A DNA stretch of 64,000 bases from the human T2T-CHM13v2.0 reference genome, Homo sapiens. Position 1 is the stretch's first letter, and the number at the start of each line of letters is the position of its first letter. The translations under genes and the position numbers were made by a program. This document shows positions 56,101-64,000 of this stretch, piece after piece. The stretch is taken from NCBI RefSeq assembly GCF_009914755.1, contig NC_060933.1. One strand, 5' to 3'. The notes beneath the pieces were generated by a model. It had not been told where the DNA came from. It saw only the letters and a list, made by a program, of their open reading frames with translations, and did not search any database.

Positions 56101-58728
56101 TTGGAATGCAATGGAATGGAATGGAATGGAATGGAATGGAATCAACTCGATTGCAATGGAATGGAATGGAATGGAATTAACCCGAATAGAATGGAATGGA
56201 ATGGAATGGAACGGAATGTAATGGAATGAAATGGAATGGAATCAACCCGAGTGCAGGGGAATGGAATGGAATGGAAAGCAATGGAATGCAATCATCCGGA
56301 ATGGAATGGAATGGAATGGAATGGAATGGAATGGAATGGAATCAACTCGATTGCAATGGAATGGAATGGAATGGAAAGAAATGGAAGGGAATGGAATGGA
56401 ATGTAATCAACCCGAGTGCAGGGGAATGGAATGGAATGGAATGCAATGGAATGGAATCATCCGGAATCGAATGGAATGGAATGGAATGCAATCAACCCGA
56501 TGCAATGGAATGGAGTGGAATGGAATGGAATGGAATGGAAACATCCCGAATGGAATGGAATGTAATGGAGTGTAAGGGAACTGAATAGAATCAATCCGAA
56601 AGTAATGGATTGGAATGGAATGAAATGGAATGGAAGGGAATGGAATGGAATCAACCCGAGTGCAATGGAAAGGATTCGAATGGAATGGAATGGAATGGAA
56701 TGGATTCAACAAGAATGGAATGGAAAGGAATGGAATCAACCCGAGTGTAATGTCATGGAATGGAATGGAATGGAATGGAATGGGATGGAATGGAATGGTA
56801 CGGAATAGAATGGAATGGAATGAAATGGAATGGAATGGAATGGAATGGAATGGAATGGAATGGAATGAACCCGTGTGCAATGTAATGTAATGGAATGGAA
56901 TGGAATGGATTCAACTCGAATGGAATGAACTCGATTGCAATGGAATGGAATGGAATGGAAAGGAATAGAATGGAATCAACCCTAGTGGAATGGAATGCAA
57001 TGGACTGGAATGGAGTGGAATGGAATGGAATGGAATTAACCCGAATAGAATGGAATGGAACGGAATGTAATGGAATGGAATGGAATGGATTCAACCCGAG
57101 TGCAGGGGAATGGAATGGAATGGAATGCAATGGAATGGAATCATCCGGAATGGAATGGAATGGAATGGAATGGAATGGAATCAACTCGATTTCAATGGAA
57201 TGGAATGGAATAGAATGGAATGGAATTAACACGAATACAATGGAATGGAATGGAATGGAATGGAATGGAATGGAACGGAAAGGAATGGAATGGAATGGAA
57301 TGGAATTAACCCAAGTGGAGGGGAATGGAATGGAATGGAATTCAATGGAATGGAATCATCCGGAATGGAATGGAATGAAATGGAATGGAATGGAATGGAA
57401 TGCAATGGAATGGAATCAACCCGAGTGCAATGGAATGGAGAGGAATGGAATGGAATGGAATGGAAACTACCCGAATGGAATGGAATGTAATGGAGTGTAA
57501 GGGAATTGAATAGAATCAATCCGAATGTAATGGATTGGAATGGAACGGAATGGAATGGAATGGAATGGAATGGAATGGAATGCAATGGAATGGAATCAAC
57601 ACGAGTGCAATCGAATGGAATCGAATGGAATGGAATGCAATGGAATGGATTCAACTTGAATGGAAAGGAAAGAATGGAATCAACACGAGTGGAGTGGCAT
57701 GGAATGGAATGGAATGGAATGGAATCAACCCGAGTACAGGGGAATGGAATGGGACGGAATGCAATGGAATGGAATCATCCGTAATGTAATGGAAAGGAAT
57801 GGAATGGAATGGAATGGAATGGAATGGAATGGAATCATCTCGATTGCAATCGAATGGAATGGAATGGAATTAACCCGAATAGAACGGAATAGAATGGAAT
57901 GGAACGGAACGGAACGGAACGGAATGGAATGGAATGGAATGGAATGGAATGGAGCGGAACGGAATGGAATGGAATGGAAAGGAATGGAATTGAAAGGAAT
58001 AAACGCGAATGCAGGGGAATGGAATGGAATGGAATGCAATGGAATGGAATCTTCCGGAATGGAATGGAATGGAATGGAATGGAATGGAATGCAATGGATT
58101 CAACTCGATTGCAATGGAATGGAATAGAATGGAATGGAATGGAATGGAATGGAATTAACCCGAATAGAATGGAATGGAATGGAATGGAACGGAACGGAAC
58201 GGAATGGAATGGAATGGAATGGAATGGAATTGTATGGAATGGAATGGAATGATACGGAATAGAATGGAAAGGAAATAATTGGCATGGAATGGAATTGAAT
58301 GGAATGGAATGGAATGGAATGGAATCAACCCGAGTGCAGGGGAATGTAAAGGAACGGAATGCAATGGAATGGAATCATCCGGAATGGAATGGAATGGAAT
58401 GGAATGGAATGGAATGGAATGGATTGGAATGGAATCAACCCGAGTGCAATGGAATGGAGTGGAATGGAATGGAATGGAATGGAACAACCCGAATGGAATG
58501 GAATGTTATGGAGAGTAAGGGAGTTGAATAGAATCAATCCGAATGTAACGGAATGGAACGGAATGGAATGGAATGGAATGGAATGGAATGGAATCAATTC
58601 GAGTACAATGGAATGGAATGGAATGGAATGGAATGGAATGGAATGGAATGGAATAGAATGGAATGGAATGGAATCAACCCGAGTGCAATGGAATGGAGAG
58701 GAATGGAATGGAATGGAATGGAAACTAC

Positions 58729-58840
58729 CCGAATGGAATGGAATGTAATGGAGTGTAAGGGAATTGAATAGAATCAATCCGAATGGAATGGAATGTAATG
58801 GATTGTAAGGGAATTGAATAGAATCAATCCGAATGGAATG
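58729..58840 (-). repeat. 50-bp direct duplication of the GAGTGTAAGGGAATTG module
   Basis: CCGAATGGAATGGAATGTAATGGA(G/T)TGTAAGGGAATTGAATAGAATCAAT occurs twice in tandem, starting at 58729 and 58779. Confidence 0.9.
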
Positions 58841-61800
58841 GAATGGAATGGAACGGAATGTAATGTAATGGAATGGAATCGAATCAACCCGAGTGCAGGG
58901 GAATGGAATGGAATGGAATGCAATGGAATGGAATCATCCGGAATGGAATGGAATGGAATGCAATGGAATGGAATGGAATGCAATCAACCCGAGTGCAATG
59001 GAATGGAGTGAAATGGAATGGAATGGAAGGGAAACAACCAGAATGGATTGGAATATAATGGAGTGTAAGGGAATTGAATAGAATCAATCTGAATGTAATG
59101 AAATGGAATGGAACGCAATGGAATGGAATGGAATGGAATGGAATGGAATGGAATGGAATGCAATGGAATGGAATCAACCCGAGTGCAATCGAATGGAATC
59201 GAATGGAATGGAGTGCAATGGAATGGATTCAACTTGAATGGAATGGAAAGAATGGAATCAACACGAGTGGAATGGCATGGATTGGAATGGAATGGAATGG
59301 AATCAACCCGAGTACAGGGGAATGGAATGGAATGGAATGCAATGGAATGGAATCATCCGTAATGGAATGGAAAGGAATGGAATGGAATGGAATGGAATGG
59401 AATGGAATCAACTCGATTGCAATCGAATGGAATGGAATGGAATTAACCCGAATAGAATGGAATGGAATGGAATAGAATGGAACGGAACGGAACGGAATGG
59501 AATGGAATGGAATGGAATGGAACGGAACGGAATGGAATGGAATGGAATGGAATGGAATGGAATGGAATGGAACGGAAAGGAATGGAATGGAATGGAATGG
59601 AATGGAAAGGAATGGTATGGAATGGAATGGAATGGTACGGAATAGAATGGAATGGAAGGAATTGGAATGGAATGGAATCGAATGGAATGGAATGGAATGG
59701 AATGGAATCAGCGCGAGTGCAGGGGAATGTAATAGAACGGAATGCAATGGAATGGAATCATCCGGAATAGAATCGAATGGAATGGAATGGAATGGAATGG
59801 AATCAACCCGAGTGCAATGGAATGGAGTGGAATGGAATGGAATGGAATGGAACAACCCGAATGGAATGGAATGTAATGGAGAGTAAGGGAGTTGAATAGA
59901 ATCAATCCGAATGTATTGGAATGGAATGGAACGGAATGGAATTGAATAGAATGGAATGGAATGCAATGGAATGGAATCATCCGTAATGGAATGGAAAGGA
60001 ATGGAATGGAATGGAATGGAATGGAATGGAATGGAATCAACTCGATTGCAATCGAATGGAATGGAATGGATTTAACCCGAATAGAATGGAATGGAATGGA
60101 ATGGAACGGAACGGAATGGAATGGAATGGAATGGAATGGAATGGAACGGAAAGGAATGGAATGGAATGGAGTGGAATGGAATGGAATGGAATGGAATCAA
60201 CGCGAGTGCAGGGGAATGGATTGGAATGGAATGCAATGGAATGGAATCTTCTGGAATGGAATGGAATAGAATGGAATAGAATGGAATCAACCCGAGTGGA
60301 ATGGAATGGAGTGGAATGGAATGGAATGGAATGGAACAACCCGAATGGAATGGAATGGAATGGAGAGTAAGGGAGTTGAATAGAATCAATCCGAATGTAA
60401 TGGAATGGTATGGAACGGAATGGAATTGAATGGAATGGAATGGAATGGAATGGAATGGAATGCAATGGAATGGAATCAAACCGAGTGCAATCGAATGGAA
60501 TCGAATGGAATGGAATGCAATAGAATGGATTCAACTTGAATGGAATGGAAAGAATGGACTCAACACAAGTGGAATGGCATGGATTGGAATGGAATGGAAG
60601 GGAATCAACCCGAGTACAGGGGAATGGAATGGAATGGAATGCAATGGAATGGAATCATCCGTAATGGAATGGAAAGGAATGGAATGGAATGGAATGGAAT
60701 GGAATGGAATGCAATGGAATCAACTCGATTGCAATCGAATGGAATGGAATGGAATTAACCCTAATAGAATGGAATGGAATGGAATGGAACGTAACGGCAT
60801 GGAATGGAATGGAATGGAATGGAATGGAATGGAATGGAATGGAACGGAACAGAATGGAATGGAAAGGAATGGAATGGAATGGAATGGAATGGAATGGAAT
60901 CAACCCGAGTGCAGGGGAATGGAATGGAATGGAATGCAATGGAATGGAATCATCCGGAATGGAATGGAATGGAATGGAATGCAAAACAATTCAATCAACT
61001 CGATTGCAATGGAATGGAATGGAATGTATATGAATAGAATGGAATCAACCCGAGTGGAATGGAATGGAAAGGACTGGAATGGAGTGGAATGGAATGGAAC
61101 GGAATGGAATGGAATCAACTCGATTGGAATGGAGTGCAATGGAATTTGAATGGAATGGAATGGAATGGAATGGAATGGAATTTACCCGAATAGAATGGAA
61201 TGGAATGGAATGGAATGGAACGGAACGGAATGGAATGGAATGGAATGGAATGGAATGGAATGGAATCAACCCGATTGCACGGGAATGGAATGGAATGGAA
61301 TGCAATGGAATGGAATCATCCGGAACGGAATGGAATGGAATGGAATGGAATCAAGTCGATTGCAATGGAATGGAATGGAATGGAATGGAATGGATGGAAT
61401 GGAGTGGAATGGAATGGAATTAACACGAATAGAATGGAATGGAATGGAATGGAAAGGAATGGAAGGGAATGGAATTGAATGTAATCAACCCGAGTGCAGG
61501 GGAATGGAATGGAATTCAATGCAATGGAATGGAATCATCCGGAATGGAATGGAGTGGAATGGAATTTAATGGAATGGAATCAACTCGATTTCAATGGAAT
61601 GGAATGGAATAGAATGGAATGGAATTAACACGAATAGAATGGAATGGAATGGAATGGAATGGAACGGAAAGGAATGGAATGGAATGGAATGGAATCAACC
61701 CAAGTGCAGGGGAATGGAATGGAATGGAATTCAATGGAATGGAATCATCCGGAATGGAATGGAATGGAATGGAATGGAACGGAACGGAACGGAACGGAAT

Positions 61801-64000
61801 GGAATGGAATGGAATGGAATGGAATGGAATGGAATGGAATGGAATGGTATGGAATGGAATGGAATGAACCCGTGTGCAATGTAATGGAATGGAATGGAAT
61901 GGATTCAACTCGAATGGAATCAACTCGATTGCAATGGAATGGAATGCAATGGAAAGGAATAGAATGGAATCAACCCGAGTGGAATGGAATGGAAAGGACT
62001 GGAATGGAGTGGAATGGAATGGAATGGAATTAACCCGAATAGAATGGAATGGAATGGAATGGAACGGAATGTAATGGAATGGAATGGAATGGATTCAACC
62101 CGAGTGCAGGGGAATGGAATGGAATGGAATGCAATGGAATGGAATCATCCGGAATGGAATGGAATGGAATGGAATGTAATGGAATGGAATGGAATGGAAT
62201 GGGATGGAATGGAATGGAATGGAATGGAATGGGATGGAATGGAATGGTACGGAATAGAATGGAATGGAATGAAATGGAATGGAATGGAATGGAATGGAAT
62301 GGAATCGAATGGAATGGAATCAACGCGAGTGCAGGGGAATGGAATGGAATGGAATGCAATGGAATGGAATCTTCCGGAATGGAATTGAATGGAATGAAAT
62401 GGAATTAACCCGAATAGAATGGAATGGAATGGAATGGAACGGAATGTAATGGAATGAAATGGAATGGAATCAATCCGAGTGCAGGGGAATGGAATGGAAT
62501 GGAATGCAATGGAATGCAATCATCCGGAATGGAATGGAATGGAATGGAATGGAATGGAATGGAATCAAATCGATTGCAATGGAGTGGAATGGAATGGAAA
62601 CGAATGGAAGGGAATGGAATGGAATGTAATCAACCCGAGTGCAGGGGAATGGAATGGAATGGAATGCAATGGAATGGAATCATCCGGAATGGATTGGAAT
62701 GGAATGGAATGCAATCAACCCGATGGAATGGAATGGAGTGGAATGGAATGGAATGGAATGAAATGGAAACATCCCGAATGCAATGGAATGTAATGGAGTG
62801 TAAGGGAATTGAATAGAATCAATCCGAATGTAATGGAATGGAATGGAATGAAATGGAATGGAATGGAATGGAATGGAATAAACACGAGTGCAATGGAATG
62901 GATTCGAATGGAATGGAATGGAATGGAATGGATTCAACAAGAATGGAATTGAAAGGAATGGAATCAACCCGAGTGTAATGGCATGGAATGGAATGCAATG
63001 GAATGGAATGGGATGGAATAGAATGGTACGGAATAGAATGGTATGGAAGGAAATGGAATGGAATGGAATTTAATGGAATGGATTGGAATGAACCCGTGTG
63101 CAATGTAATGGAATGGAATGGAATGGATTCAACTCGAATGGAATCAACTCGATTGCAATGGAATGGAATGGAATGGAAAGGAATAGAATGGAATCAACCC
63201 GAGTGGAATGGAATGCAAAGGACTGGAATGGAGTGGAATGGAATGGAATGGAATTAACCCGAATAGAATGGAATGGAATGGAATGGAATGGAATGTAATG
63301 GAATGGAATGGAATGGATTCAACCCGAGTGCAGGGGAATGGAATGGAATGGAATTCAATGGAATGGAATCATCCGGAATGGAATCATCCGGAATTGAATG
63401 GAATGGAATGGAATGGAATCAACTCGATTTCAATGGAATGGAATGGAATAGAATGCAATGGAATTAACACGAATAGAATGGAATGGAATGGAATGGAATG
63501 GAATTAACCCGAATAGAATGGAATGGAATGGAATGGAACGGAATGGAATGGAATGGAATGGAATGGAATGGAATGGAATGGAATGGTATGGAATGGAATG
63601 GAATGGAATCAACTCGATTGTAATGGAATGGAATGGAATGGAATGGAATGGAATGGAATGGAATGGAATGGAATGGAATTAACCCGAATACAATGGAATG
63701 GAATGGAATGGAACGGAATGGAGTGGAATGGAATGTAATCAACCCGAGTGCAGGGGAATGGAATGGAATGGAATGCAATGGAATGGAATCATCCGGAATG
63801 GAATGGAATACAAAACAATGGAATCAACTCGATTGCAATGGAATGGAATGGAATGGAAATGAATAGAATGGAATCAACCCGAGTGGAATGAAATGGAAAG
63901 GACTGGAATGGAGTGGAATGGAATGGAACGGAATGGAATGGAATCAACTCGATTGGAATGGAGTGGAATGGAAGTTGAATGGAATGGAATGGAATGGAAT

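Larger units (their letters stand above)
31596..64000 (-). repeat. Satellite III (HSat3) array, right arm, inverted: (GGAAT)n on the + strand
   Basis: Same pentamer and module vocabulary as the left arm but reverse-complemented (CAACCCGAGT, CAACTCGATT, GGATTCAACTTGAATGGAATGGAAAGAATGG, GAGAGTAAGGGAGTTGAATAGAATCAATCCG). The array runs off the right edge of the window. Confidence 0.97.

Noticed and set aside
47-63866. Hundreds of ORFs of 60-445 aa (MEWNG-, IPFHS-type), including 51952..53289 (445 aa) and 30214..31356 (380 aa)
   Set aside because: (GGAAT)n and (ATTCC)n contain no stop codon in any frame, and GGAATGG supplies an ATG every 5 bp. The ORFs overlap in all six frames, are pure pentapeptide repeats and have no domain or gene context.
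1-64000. CRISPR-like or other prokaryotic repeat-spacer system
   Set aside because: There are no unique spacers: the sequence between the conserved motifs is itself pentamer repeat. There are no cas or other genes, and the motifs are those of primate Satellite III.
1-64000. HSat2, alpha satellite, DYZ1 or telomeric repeat
   Set aside because: I see no CATTCGATGAT-rich HSat2 units, no 171-bp alphoid monomer or CENP-B box, no regular ~3.6-kb DYZ1 period and no TTAGGG.
31596-64000. G-quadruplex clusters or EWSR1-FLI1 GGAA microsatellites
   Set aside because: G-runs are mostly GG, with only isolated GGG/GGGG. The repeat is GGAAT, not tandem (GGAA)n.
1-64000. Definite chromosome or subfamily assignment (chr9q12 HSat3B5)
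   Set aside because: It is suggested by the motif set, irregular period and inversion, but cannot be established without k-mer classification or alignment to a reference.

Overview
The whole 64-kb window is classical human/great-ape Satellite III (HSat3): a (CATTC/GGAAT)n pentamer array punctuated by 10-bp spacer motifs (CAACCCGAGT, CAACTCGATT, CAACACGAGT, CAACGCGAGT, TTAACCCGAAT) and a small set of longer diverged modules. I see no unique sequence, gene, RNA gene, transposon or CRISPR array. All listed ORFs (MEWNG.../IPFHS...) are artefacts of translating a stop-free pentamer. The main structural feature is one abrupt strand switch at 31,595/31,596: CATTC reads on the + strand to the left and GGAAT to the right. 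The two arms meet without a spacer in a 12-bp palindrome (ATTCCATGGAAT) and are not mirror images of each other. Within the arms there is a loose ~0.85-kb module order, nested local duplications (50 bp, 410 bp, ~0.9, ~1.3, ~1.46, ~1.7, ~1.9 and ~4.44 kb spacing), a variant sub-domain after ~54.5 kb, and dozens of perfect three-unit heat-shock elements (gGAAtcTTCcgGAAt). The irregular period plus an inversion resembles the chr9q12 HSat3 array, but that assignment is inference. I found no evidence of a new protein-coding system. All offsets were read by eye, and block boundaries are approximate.
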